Source: Octopus sinensis (lineage: Eukaryota). From it: a stretch of DNA of 64,000 nt. Location: assembly GCF_006345805.1 (NCBI RefSeq), contig NC_043004.1:93744001-93808000 (forward strand), in the 5' to 3' direction. Below, in pieces: positions 25,860 to 37,570 of the stretch. The position numbers and the translations under genes were made by a program. The notes under the pieces were generated by a model. It was not told where the DNA came from. It searched no databases and saw only the letters and a list, made by a program, of their open reading frames with translations. Numbering within the stretch: the stretch's first letter is position 1; every line of letters begins with the position of its first letter.

Positions 25860-26706
25860 ATGTACTCAAAAGAAATCAGAATTTTACAATGTTATTTTAT
25901 TCACTTAGTTTTTACATGTTTACACTTTCATTGAACTCAAAGTATTCCCCATTTGAAGCACTGCCTTGGTCCAGGCATGTTTTCCACTATTCGAAGCAGT
26001 GTTGGAACTCTTGCGAAGTAATGCCTTTTAATGCCTCCATCGTTTTTTTCTTCACCTCTTCCACACCTGCAAATCCTGTAGCACCAGGTTTCATCACCAG
26101 TGATTACCTTTGAAAAAGGGTTAGGATCAACTTCCAACTGTTCTTTCGCTTCACGACACACATTCAGTCACGACTGCTTTTGATCTTTTGTGAGCAAGTG
26201 AAGCACAAAATTTGTTGCAACTCTTTTCATTCGCAATTCCTCACTCAAAATTCATTGGCAGGAGCTCCAGGACACACCAATCATATCAACAAGTTCGTCA
26301 ATTGTTCAGTGATGGTATTCAGAAGATTGACGGTCATCCTTGGTCTTCAAGCGACAAGTGACCATTCTTAAAGTGTGAAAACCACATGTAAACTTGTGTT
26401 TTGTTCATAGCAGCGTCCTTGTAAGCTGTTTGAAGCATGATAACTGTTTCAGCTGCCGTCTTCCCCAGAAGAAAACAGAATTTCAGGGAAGCATACTGTT
26501 CCTTTGTTTCAGCTGTTACAAAAATTGATGAACCTGAGAGAAACACTGCAAAACAAAGACATACCATGTGGCAGTACAACCACAGTGGATGCTGCTAGTC
26601 AGCAGGCTTATGTCTGAGGGTTGCATCAAGTGGCTTCCAGCAGTAGAAGCCTAAACTATAAAAGGCTTGTCCCACAGAATATTTCCAGTTACTTTTGGGT
26701 GGGTAC
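25860..26706 (-). mobile_element. mariner transposon remnant with internal deletion
   Basis: KEQYASLKFCFLLGKTAAETVIMLQTAYKD (HTH), SKVITGDETWCY (first catalytic D), then jumps to C-terminal ...FQHCFE*WK...NGEYFE; TIRs degenerate. Confidence 0.85.
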
Positions 26707-26939
26707 ATCCACATATATATGTATATATATATAGTTAATCCAAACAAGAAAGCACAAAAAAACACAACAGTGCGAGGACGTGGAACAAATATAGTATTAT
26801 TGAACGCTCAGGAAAGAAGGAGGGTTTAACCTTTTGAGTGGAGCTCTTCGTTGGAAACATAGGAGAAGGGAAGACAGAGGAAAAAAAATCGCCAACGGTA
26901 CACACGAGGTCACATATATATACACACACATATATACAT

Positions 26940-27080
26940 ATCATCATCATTATCATTTAACATCCACTTTCCATACTGGCTTGAGTTGGATGGTTTGAGT
27001 GAGGACTAACAAGCCAGGAGGCTGCACCAGGCTCCAGTCTGATCTGGCAAGGTTTCTACAACTGGATGCCCTTCCTATAT
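26940..27080 (-). mobile_element. SINE family C, 3' fragment
   Basis: (CAT)n tail plus GGCTGCACCAGGCTCCAGTCTGATCTGGC. Confidence 0.75.
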
Positions 27081-27459
27081 AAATATAAACATAAACACAT
27101 ACATATATGTATTACCAATGTCACATACTTAGTGTATGTGTTTTATTATATACTTGTTAGCTGTGGAATTTGTCCAGTGTAAGTCCCTTTAAGATGTGTT
27201 CAAAAACCCTGACTACCTCAAACCAGAGGAAACAAATTGCTCCCTATGTGAACGAGAATGGTGGATATCGATATTTTCCTGTTATTTCAGCTCCTCAGCA
27301 CTATACACTCCAGTCATTGCAAAATGAATTTGAATTGCTGGTCTGATCTATTTATTCAGATAGTATGAAATCTATCCGCTGAGGCACAACAGTACTGTAT
27401 AAGTAAAACAAAACTTTTTTAACACACTAAATCTTTAAGGAACTGTTCCCTGGATGGGG

Positions 27460-27725
27460 GTCAATTGAATAAGTACCAGTTACGCACTGGAGTTGATATA
27501 ATAAGTACCAGTTACGCACTGGGGTCGATATAATCGACTTAATCCGTTTGTCTGTCTGTCCTTGTTTGTCCTCTCTGTGTTTAGCCCCTTGTGGGTAGTA
27601 AAGAAATAGGTGTTCTTCAACAGCAGCAGACACACACACACAGGGGAATTTATTGAGGCAATGGAGGGTTCATTTAAGTCCAAGCTAAATAACCACAAAT
27701 CCTCTTTTAGCATCAAAGAGAGGTA
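27460..27725 (+). repeat. Partial duplicate of 28570-28795 (SINE-B 3' half plus GIY-YIG fragment)
   Basis: Near-identical text; SINE head and left half of the nuclease fragment absent. Confidence 0.85.
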
Positions 27726-28414
27726 CATACAATATGTAACGTCGGTAATGTTTACATTATTAGAGCCACTTCTAAATCAAAGATTTAACATGTGTGCGCG
27801 TGTGTGTGTGTGAGTGTGTATGTATTATAAGCTTTGTAAAGTTCTGTCTACCAAATTCACTCATAAGCATTGTTTGGTTCAAGGTTATGATATTAAACAC
27901 TTCCTCAACATACTGGATTAGGACTGACCTTAAAATCATATAGCTGTGAAATAAAATCTCTTAAGCAAATATTGTTCCCAGCTTCGTATTGTATGTAATA
28001 TTGTATATTCTTTCACTAGATGGTCTAAAACAGTGTTTCCAAACCTTTCTTGGTCTTGGAGAAGCTTTGAAATACAGTTCATATTGTAGGATACTTCAAC
28101 ATTAAAGTTATTATATATATTTATTAATCTTTTTCTTTCTTTTTCATAAAATTAAATTTCATTACAGATTAAGCAAATCATAAATTTGCCTTTGAAATTT
28201 TTGTTAGAACCAAATCTATTAGAAATCATGAACAAATCTATGAAAATTAATTTGAAGTAAAACTGTATTTAGACTAAATTCATATACAATTTTCTGTTAA
28301 GTGCTCAACTTCCTGTAAAACCACAGTGCAATATTAACCCTGAGACTTCTACTGTTTATATGATGCTGTCTTCCTGATTTAAAGTGATCCAAATAAAAAT
28401 TCTCTATTATAGCC

Positions 28415-28795
28415 ATAGTTTACGAAGCAGAGGTGGTATTCTTCAAGGACGGCAAGCTGGCAGAATCATTAGCATGCCGGGCGAAATGTTTAGCAGTATT
28501 TCATCTACCACTACATTCTGAGTTCAAATTCCGCCGAGGTTGACTTTGCCTTTCATCCTTTCGGGGTCAATTAAATAAGTACCAGTTACGCACTGAGGTC
28601 GATATAATCGACTTAATCCGTTTGTCTGTCCTTGTTTGTCCTCTCTGTGTTTAGCCCCTTGTGGGTAGTAAAGAAATAGGTGTTCTTCAACAACAGCAGA
28701 CACACACACAGGGGAATTTATTGAGGCAATGGAGGGTTCATATAAGTCCAAGCTAAATAACCACAAATCCTCTTTTAGCATAAAAGAGAGGTACA
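28415..28795 (+). pseudogene. Penelope-like GIY-YIG endonuclease fragment split by a SINE
   Basis: Removing SINE 28447-28679 and one TSD gives IVYEAEVVFFNNSRHTHRGIY.../...GSYKSKLNNHKSSF, resembling the VYxA...YIG.T...FK.R.NNHK.SF pattern; the 27609-27725 copy reads it in frame as GEFIEAMEGSFKSKLNNHKSSF. Confidence 0.55.
28447..28679 (+). mobile_element. tRNA-derived SINE family B with 11-bp TSD
   Basis: Head GGACGGCAAGCTGGCAGAATC, GAGTTCAAATTCC B box, GCCTTTCATCCTTTCGGGGTC core; TSD GTATTCTTCAA / GTGTTCTTCAA. Confidence 0.9.
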
Positions 28796-29213
28796 ATGTT
28801 ACATTATCCTGCTAAATATGGTGATTAAAAGTAAAAGGAATACTGTACAAATCAACTGCTGGAACATCCCGGGGCCTATCTGTATGCAAGTAGATATTGC
28901 AAGATGTGCTTCACTGAGTGGAGAATCATTCCTAAAAATTTCACACAAAGTGCCTTCAAAAACTCACAAGGCAAGATGCTTCATTGCTGCCCTCATGAAA
29001 GGAAATTCATTTTGGTAATGCGGTTGTCCCATTTTTGAACTGGTGGATGAAAAATGTGTACACTTGCACAACGGACATCATATACTCACAGCATACTTCA
29101 ATACTGTTTCCATCTACTAGATTCACAAAAGGCTGTTGTCAAAGATGCTTTATTAACTGATGAGTATGATGATGATGATGTGTGTGTGTGTGTATATATG
29201 CCTATATCATCAT

Positions 29214-29997
29214 CATCATCATCATCATCATCGTTTAACGTCCGCTTTCCATGCTAGCATGGGTTGCACGGTTCAACTGGGGTCTGGGAAGCCAGAAGGC
29301 TGCACCAGGCCCAGTCTGATCTGGCAGTGTTTCTACAGCTGGATGCCCTTCCTAACGCCAACCACTCCGTCAGTGTAGTGGGTGCTTTTTACGTGCCACC
29401 GGCACAGGTGCCAGACAAGGCTGGATATATATATATATATACATTCTCCTCTCATATTTTTAACACCATTTTATAAAATGTTCTGCCATGTTATATGTAT
29501 TTATTTGTGCTATATTATGATCATTTTGGGTGCTTGACCTTATCCATCACCCATTTTAACACCGTCTCCTAATCTGGCCACAAACATTTTAGTCAGGTTT
29601 CCTGTCATCATCATCATCATCATCGTTTAACGTCCGCTTTCCATGTTAGCATGGGTTGCACGGTTCAACTGGGGTCTGGGAAGCCAGAAGGCTGCACCAG
29701 GCCCAGTCTGATCTGGCAGTGTTTCTACAGCTGGATGCCCTTCCTAACGCCAACCACTCCGTCAGTGTAGTGGGTGCTTTTTACGTGCCACCGGCACAGG
29801 TGCCAGACAAGGCTGGATATATATATATATATACATTCTCCTCTCATATTTTTAACACCATTTTATAAAATGTTCTGCCATGTTATATGTATTTATTTGT
29901 GCTATATTATGATCATTTTGGGTGCTTGACCTTATCCATCACCCATTTTAACACCGTCTCCTAATCTGGCCACAAACATTTTAGTCAGGTTTCCTGT
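29214..29997. repeat. Tandem duplication, 392-bp unit (SINE-C 3' part plus flank)
   Basis: Units 29214-29605 and 29606-29997 are nearly identical; a different SINE-C fragment follows at 29998-30145. Confidence 0.93.
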
Positions 29998-30429
29998 CAT
30001 CATCATCATCATCATCGTTTAATGTCCGCTTTCCATGCTAGCATGGGTTGGACGATTCGACTGAGGTCTGGCAAACCAGATGGCTGCACCAGACTCCTAT
30101 CTGATCTGGCAGAGTTTCTATAGCTGGATGCCCTTCCTAACGCCTGTCTGAGGATAATTTCTTCTCAGCAAACACAGACCCCTAAAAGGGTCATGAGCAC
30201 TGCTTTTTTCCTTCTTCTGACAAACCTTTTAAAAAATATAACAAAAAACAGAAACTGCTTATTCACATGCCAGCATCCTTCATTTAATTATAATTAGTTC
30301 TTGTCAAGTAAATAACAAAATGACATTTTAGGGGGTCAGACTATGAAAAAGATTTTATACACAAAAGAGAAATGTCAATTATTTCAAACGATCATAAAGT
30401 AAAGAGCTTATGATAAAATGTATTACAAA

Positions 30430-30600
30430 TACATGGCTGTGTGGTAAGAAGGTTACTTCCAAACCACATGGTTCCGAGTTCAGTACCACTGCTTGACATT
30501 CTGGGCAAGTGTCTTCTACTATAGACTCAGGCTGACCAAAGCCTTGTGAGTGGATTTGGTAGACAGAAACTGAAGGAGGCCCATTGTATATATATATACA
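30430..30600 (+). mobile_element. SINE family A 5' half
   Basis: GGCTGTGTGGTAAGAAG head through GGATTTGGTAGACAGAAACTGAA. Confidence 0.75.
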
Positions 30601-30807
30601 TACAAAACAATAAGAGAGAGTCCACTATGTGGTCACTCTAACGCTAGATATAGATCCGCAAAGGGAATCCGCCACCAAGGAATTGTTCTCAAGAATTAAT
30701 TCAATGCGCCAAGAATGTAAGTGAGCAGGACAAATGGAAAATAACGAAAAAATAGATTAACTCTATACAATTGTTTCATCGTTAATAGATTATGTAGTTT
30801 TACTTAC

Positions 30808-30950
30808 ATAATCATTTTTGAATCGTCAGTAGAGTACATCAGAATATAATTTGTCGAACTGAACGGCAAAATCCACACAATGCTGAACAGAGACGAACGG
30901 TACAGCTGATTATATTCACAGTTACATTCAAATGCCCTCATTCTGGCGCG
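30808..30950 (-). promoter_or_regulatory. Candidate first exon / promoter-proximal CpG-retaining segment
   Basis: Donor ATTAT|GTAAGTA at 30807; CpG-containing unique sequence at the edge of a CpG-poor domain. 5' limit not defined. Confidence 0.35.
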
Positions 30951-30984
30951 CTAAATCCCCGGATACTTATATATGTACATACAT

Positions 30985-31232
30985 ATATATATGTATATCT
31001 CTATGTGTGTGTGTCTTTGCATCTGTGTTTGTCACCCCATTAATGCTTGGTGAGTGTTGGTGTGCTTACATCTCTCGTAATCTAAGTTTGGCAAAAGTGG
31101 CCAGTAGAATAATTACCAGACTTAAAAAAATAAGTCCCGGATGTCAATTTGTTCAACTAAAACCTTTCAAGGTGGTGCTCCAGAATGGTTGCAGTCAAAT
31201 GACTGAAACAAGTAAAAGAATAAAAAGAAAAG
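30985..31232 (+). mobile_element. SINE-A-related 3' half, diverged
   Basis: GGTGGTGCTCCAGAATGGTTGCAGTCAAATGACTGAAACAAGTAAAAGA tail. Confidence 0.7.
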
Positions 31233-31309
31233 AATATGTATTGAGATCAACATTCTTATTTAGTCTCTTCAGTTCAGTGTTTGTTCTTTACATGTATGTG
31301 GATTACTAA

Positions 31310-31540
31310 GGTTGCGAGATGACAAAATTGTTAGCACGCTGGTTGAAATGCTTCTCAGCTTTTCCTCCATCTTCACAGTCTGAATTTAAATGCTGGCAAG
31401 GTTGACTTTGCCTTTCATCCTTTGGGGGCTGAATGATAAAATAGATATCAGTTGAACACCGGGGTCGATGTAATCAACTTACCCACTCCCCCGAAAGTGT
31501 TGGCGTTGTGCCAAAATTTGAAGTCAATATATTATGTGGG
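31310..31540 (+). mobile_element. SINE-B-related, old subfamily
   Basis: GACTTTGCCTTTCATCCTTTGGGG core, GGGGTCGATGTAATC, TGTGCCAAAATTTGAA tail. Confidence 0.7.
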
Positions 31541-31639
31541 TCACTTCTTTTAATCTTCCCTAACACGACATCACCAACAAAAACGAGAACAGCACTGCCA
31601 CCAACATCACCAACCCCATTGCAGTGTCGTCATTCTCTG

Positions 31640-31686
31640 CATCATCATCATCGTCGTCGCTGTCATCGTCGTCGTCGTCGTCATCG

Positions 31687-31715
<29 letters not shown>
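31640..31715. repeat. (CAT/CGT)n trinucleotide repeat
   Basis: Direct reading. Confidence 0.9.
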
Positions 31716-31717
<2 letters not shown>

Positions 31718-31727
31718 TACTCTATAC

Positions 31728-31915
31728 CAGTGGATCTCAACCATTTTTTCATCTATGGATCCCTTTGATTCCTTCTTTATTCAGGTGGACCCTCAAACCC
31801 ATTCAATATTTACAAAGCTCTATGATATTTTTATAACTAAATATTATTAGGAACTGAATAAAAAATGGTTAAAATATCCTGTGTATTGATTGAAGAAATA
31901 TAACCAATTCATTGC
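31728..31915 (+). mobile_element. hAT-like terminal fragment
   Basis: Begins CAGTGGATCTCAACC, similar to hAT/Charlie TIRs, followed by GGATCCC/GGACCC subterminal motifs; other end not found. Confidence 0.4.
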
Positions 31916-32199
31916 AGATAAGATTCAAGAACAAAATCTTATATGAACGCCCAATACAGTCATAACACAGTCAATGAACCTACGATAGAAGCGTCTACAT
32001 CGTCGCACGATTTGCCAGAGACAACTGTAAAATCTTCTAACCCTGTCCCCACCCACTCTCTTCCTCCCAAATTTGTAATTTTTTTTGCCAAAAATCTCCG
32101 TTTACGTATACAGAAGTTCCAGAAAATGGCCCAAAATCGGCATTGTGAAATTCCCCCCTTTCCCTCCAGCTTCTTCAAATTTGACTTTTTTCCCAACAC

Positions 32200-32280
32200 T
32201 AACCATAAAACCCTGACCCTAACCTTAAAACCCTAACCCCAACCCTAAAATCCTAACCCTAACCCTAAAACCGTAACCAT
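32200..32280 (-). repeat. Degenerate interstitial (TTAGGG)n-like tract
   Basis: CCCTAA variants with AAAA spacers inside unclassified repeat-like DNA. Confidence 0.7.
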
Positions 32281-33364
32281 AAGTACAGAAATGTTTTGAA
32301 ATTTTTGTCTAAATCATGATGTCCGTATTTTTCCGTATATTTATAAAAAAAAATCTTTAAAAAAATTTTACAAAGATTTTTAGAAATTTTTTTCAGAATT
32401 ATAATCTCCGTATTTTTCCGCATACTTTGAAAAAAAATCGGGAAAAAAGTTAAAAATGAAGGAAATGGGGGTGGGGTGGTAATTTAGAAATGTCGATTTT
32501 TGCTAATTTTTTGCAGATTCGTATTCTCTGTAGCCGAAAAGGGGTGGTTTGTGACGAAAAAAAAAATCTCATAGGGTGGTTTTTGGGTACTCCTAAAAAA
32601 ATAAGGTGGTTTATGGCTGAAATTACATATAGTTTGATGAAGATTGACCCGAGACAAAACGACAACAATCATCGTTGTCGGAGTCATCATCATCATCATC
32701 AAGATCATCTCCCATTTTAATGTCTGTCCTTCCATGCTGTGAAGGGTTAGTGAGCAAGCATTTCAATAAGGTTTTGCCGTATTCCCACATGCAAGGCCCA
32801 ATATCCGCATAATCAATGGAACAGTTGCTTCCCTTTGCTATATTTAAAAAAAATACAATTGGTTGTCAGATAAATTTGTTCGTTCTCCTTTCTCACCGTT
32901 TTACTTTCATCCTTTCCAACGGCATTTGTATTAACCCGAAAAATAATTTTATCGTAGTGTTTTATGTGTTTTTTTCTTTGTAGCCCTATTCTTCCTTTAC
33001 AAATTTTGTTTATCGTTTCTGAAATTTGAATAAACTTTTTTCCTTCTGACATGGCAAAGAAGTTCGAAGTCGAAAAAGCAAAATAAAATAAAACAAACAG
33101 ATTTCTCTGACAACCTAATATTTATGGCCCAGCCAGTTTCATATAATCTCAGTGGACTTCATAGGTTCTGTTTTGCTTTTTGGGAGAATTAATTGTTATT
33201 TAGCGTCAATCGACTAAGTCCATGATGAAAAAGTATTCAAGATGTAATCATTCCTTCTTTTCCCAAGTGCAGGAAATCCAGGAATTTGCTCATCTCATAC
33301 ACTATTTATATATAGCTATGTGACTATATGTGAGTTTATGTATGTATGTATGTATGTATGTATA

Positions 33365-33762
33365 GGCGCAGGAGAGGCTGTGTGGTAAGTAGCTTGCTAA
33401 CCAACCACATGATTCTGGGTTCAGTCCCACTGCATGGCATCTTGGGCAAGTGTCTTCTGCTATAGCCCTGGGCCGACCAATACCTTGTGAGTGGATTTGG
33501 TAGACGGAAACTGAAAGAAGCCTGTCGTATATATGTATATATATATATATGTGTGTGTGTGTGTATCTGTTTGTGTGTCTGTGTTTGACAACCGATGCGG
33601 GTGTGTTTACGTCCCTGTCACTTAGCGGTTCGGCAAAAGAGACTGATAGAATAAGTACTGGGCTTATAAAGAATAAGTCCTGGGGTCGATTTGCTCGACT
33701 AAAGGTGGTGCTCCAGCATGGCCGCAGTCAAATGACTGAAACAAGTAAAAGAGTAAAGAGAG
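33365..33762 (+). mobile_element. SINE family A
   Basis: Full consensus with a short internal deletion. Confidence 0.9.
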
Positions 33763-33840
33763 TATGTATGTATGCATGTATGTATGTATGTATGTATGTA
33801 TGTATGTATGTATGTATGTATGTATGTATGTATGTGTGCA

Positions 33841-33870
<30 letters not shown>

Positions 33871-33871
<1 letters not shown>

Positions 33872-34905
33872 CTCTACTATTTTTTAATTATTACAAATCT
33901 TCCGCTGAGGAGGGAGCCGGTTTCCAACAAAGAGTCATGGCTCCATCTTTGAGATGTAGTTAACACAGACAAATTCACATTTGGAACTTGAAAAAAGTCT
34001 TGCATATTTTCACTGTTCCACTCACAGATTGCACTTGTAATGTACGAATCAGTCAGTCAGTTTCTCTTTCTGAAAATCCCAGTTTATCCAGATTCTACCT
34101 TAAGCATTTATTAACAAAACCTAGAGCTCCAATTATTATTGGTATGAATATGAATTCATAGTCTGGATATAGAAGCTGAAGGTTTTTTGAAGTAGTTATC
34201 CATAGATATCCTCTTTTTTCTTTGATTTTCAAAGAGATATTTATATCTGCAGGGCAGTTGGCCTATATAATGGTATATACCTTTGCCCCTCTGTCCCAAA
34301 TAACAATATCCAGCCTGTTATGCTTACATTTGACAGAGGTTTTGATGGGAATATTCCACCAGTATTCCTTGAGTTGGTGTTTATGAATGTATTCCATAAC
34401 AGAGGGATATTCTAAGTTTATTTCAGGACAGTCTTTTTTGTGGATGGCATTGTAAATCGTTTTAGCAACAACATTGTGCCGCATAGGGAGGTAGAACCGT
34501 GACAACATTTTAGGATAGCTGCTAATCACGTGCATGATGTCTTCCACTGAAACATGACATAGGCTACACATGCGGTTGCACCTTGGGATTACAAGAGTAT
34601 CACTGTCTTTCTTGTTCACCAGGTACTTAGTGGCAATCTCCTGTTTCTGGATTGTAAACGAATAGCCTTCAAAGTGTGATGTAGTGGTCTTGTGTTCAAG
34701 AGAGGCTGTGCTTCATGTCAATTCTACTGTCTTCTTCAAGCTTCTGGGCAACATACCTATGCATGGTTTTCTTTTTATATGCTTTGTGCTTTCCATCCAG
34801 GTCTTCTCTGAGGTAACAAAGCCCAGCTGTTTTGGGGCTGTATAGGAAATCATCAGGAAGAGAGTATTTCTTGAGGGGTTCACTGCCAACACATATAATG
34901 TTGCT
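33871..34905 (-). mobile_element. 3' fragment of an RLE-type non-LTR retrotransposon (R4/Dong-like)
   Basis: CSLCHVSVEDIMHVISS (CCHC knuckle remnant), YLPMRHNVV, WWNIPIKT..KHNRLDIVIWD (PD motif), FIPIIIGALGFV, ends KICKTFFKFQM*; several stops and frameshifts. Confidence 0.85.
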
Positions 34906-34924
34906 CATGTATGTATGTGTGTGT

Positions 34925-35124
34925 GGGCATGTGGAAGAGAATGCAATTTGGCAGGAGGACTTAAGCAACATGCAAAGGTACATGAAGCCCAGTTACAACT
35001 ACAGCCGGCTTTAGCCGGTAAAGGTTTTAGTTGCCAATTCTGTACAAGACATTCGATCACAGCACCAGTAACAGTTAAGCTTCGTGCAATGGCCATACTC
35101 AATAACGAGGGGGCAGCCATAATG

Positions 35125-35125
<1 letters not shown>
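34925..35125 (+). mobile_element. RTE-type LINE 3' end fragment
   Basis: ACGRECNLAGGLKQHAKVH...FSCQFCTR zinc-finger-like C-terminus, then CATACTC...GAGGGGGCAGCC 3' end running into (TATG)n. Confidence 0.55.
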
Positions 35126-35158
<33 letters not shown>

Positions 35159-35525
35159 TGTATGTATGTATGTATGTATGTGTGTGTGTGTGTATGTATG
35201 CATGCATGTATGTATGTATGTATGTATGTATGTATGTATGTATGTATGTATGTATGTATGTATGTATGTATGTATGTATGTCTCTAGGCATGTATGTATG
35301 CATTTATGTATGTATTTATGCATGAATGTATGTATGTATGTATATATATCTCTATGCATGTATGTATGCATGTATGTATGTCTCAATGGATGGATGTATG
35401 CATGCCTGTACATATATGTATATATGTCTTTGTATATATGTGTGTATGCATGTGTTTAAGTTTATAAGTATATGCATGTGTGTGAATGTGTGTGTGTGTG
35501 TGTGTGTGTGTGTTGGTGTATGTAT
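35126..35525. repeat. (TATG)n/(TG)n microsatellite
   Basis: Direct reading. Confidence 0.95.
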
Positions 35526-35982
35526 GTACGAAGAAAATACTCAGAATATTACAGGTAGCTTTTAAATAAATTACTTGAAATAGATACATACATTCTGATA
35601 CCACAGTCCTTACCAAAGCCACGTGCATAACATCCCAAGTCAAAGAGGGATCTTGTACATATCTACTTGCCTTTCTAGAAATCACATCCTTCAGTTAAAA
35701 AGAAAGGGAAAGATACATTAGATAATGTAGTTCTTTATACAACTAAAAACATGAGATGATCTCATCGTAGTGCTTCTTGATTCTTGATCAAAGTTGATCT
35801 AGTGCTAAACCCCGACAACATAGCATCTTAATTTTCCTTCCTGTAAATCTGGGAACTTATTGATTCAGAATTATTTTTAGCATACGTACAATTAAGCAAT
35901 TGTTTTAGGAGAAATACTGTAAATTAAATTGATCTCACTAAACCGTTATTATTTCATTTAATTAATTCTGAAACAATAATTG

Positions 35983-36202
35983 TTTCTTTACTACCCACAA
36001 GGGGCTAAACATAGAGGGGACAAACAAGGACAGACATAGGTATTAAGTCGATTACATCGACCCCAGTGCGAAACTGGTACTTAATTTATCGACCCCGAAA
36101 GGATGAAAGGCAAAGTCGACTTCGGCGGAATTTGAACTCAGAACGTAACGACAGATGAAATACCTCTAAGCATTTCGCCCGGCGCGCTAACGTGTCTGCC
36201 AG
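35983..36202 (-). mobile_element. SINE family B
   Basis: Reverse complement of the 53423-53650 copy. Confidence 0.88.
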
Positions 36203-36663
36203 AATGCAGTCACACATGTTACCAAGCTCTACCTGGCTGTACTCGGCTGTACTTACCAAGCCCTACAGGGTTGGCTGTACTTGAAATCTTCTGTCATAAA
36301 TTCAACGAAAATAAATTTTGGTACTAAACTGATCATTGGGATGTTTATGTGTGCATTTACATCGAAGTTCAGGTCATTTAGTCACAAGCCTAACGAAAAA
36401 ATTGTTTCACACATTTTCAAAACTTATGAAAGGTTATATTATGTATTAATTTTTGTGCTGCATTTAGATGAATTTCATGTCGCATGTACACTAGTACACA
36501 GTAAATTGCTATAGTTTGTAGTATTATCTCTTGAAAAGTATACTTATCTGGAGATAATATGAACATTAAATCATGTTGCATGAAGCTTACCACTTCACCA
36601 TTTAGAAATCCTAACAGGGCAATTCACTCGATATAGGTTGCTTCCCTTTAAGAGTTACGTCCC

Positions 36664-37048
36664 TTTACTCTTTTACTTGTTTCAGTCATTTGACTGCGGC
36701 CATGCTGGAGCGCCACCTTTAATCGAGCAACTCGACCCCAGGACTTATTCTTTTTGTAAGCCCAGTACTTATTCTATCGGTCTCTTTTGCCGAACCGCTA
36801 AGTAACGGGGACATAAACATACCAGCATCGGTTGTCAAGCAATGCTAGGGGGACAAACACACACGCATATATATATATACATATATACGACGGGCTTCTT
36901 TTCAGTTTCCGTCTACCAAATCCACTCACAAGGCATTGGTCACGAGGCTATAGCAGAAGACACTTGCCCAAGATGCCACGCAGTGGGACTGAACCCGGAA
37001 CCATGTGGTTGGTAAACAAGCTACTTACCACACATCCACTCCTGCGCC
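36664..37048 (-). mobile_element. SINE family A
   Basis: Full reverse-complement match. Confidence 0.9.
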
Positions 37049-37570
37049 TATGTTTTTTTTTCATTGTTGTTCGTCTTTACACAATGATTTTCCTGATTAA
37101 AGAGTAAATCATTTACTCTTTATTAATGTGTTACGATTATATTTCTAAGTATCATAAAATATGCAGCTCAGTTTTTATTCGAAATATAAGTCTTATTTCT
37201 GTACCTTAACCAAACGACCAAAATTAGCAATTAATCACGCGCTTAAAGTCTTAGAATAAGTTCACAGTGGAGAATGTATTAATTCTGGAAAGAAAAAAGA
37301 CGGAAGAAAACTACTGGAATGAATTTGATCCAAATGCTTACTCCATCACGGATGAATTAGGACTGGACAACAACAAAAACAGCTGCAGTGGTCACAGCTG
37401 CAGTTGTAGACCATCTCTCCTGTGAAGCACGCAACTTCGTACTAAAAGAACCAAGCGTGGAATTCAGTTTTGATTTCTGAATGAAAGTAATTCTTTTTAG
37501 CTATTTCACTAACGGATGCAAAGTAACACTTCCCTACTCCATATTTACCACACAGTACAATGGTATCTGT

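Noticed and set aside
32813-33052. 79-aa lysine-rich ORF (MSEGKKFIQ...)
   Set aside because: AT-rich, no recognisable domain or splice context.
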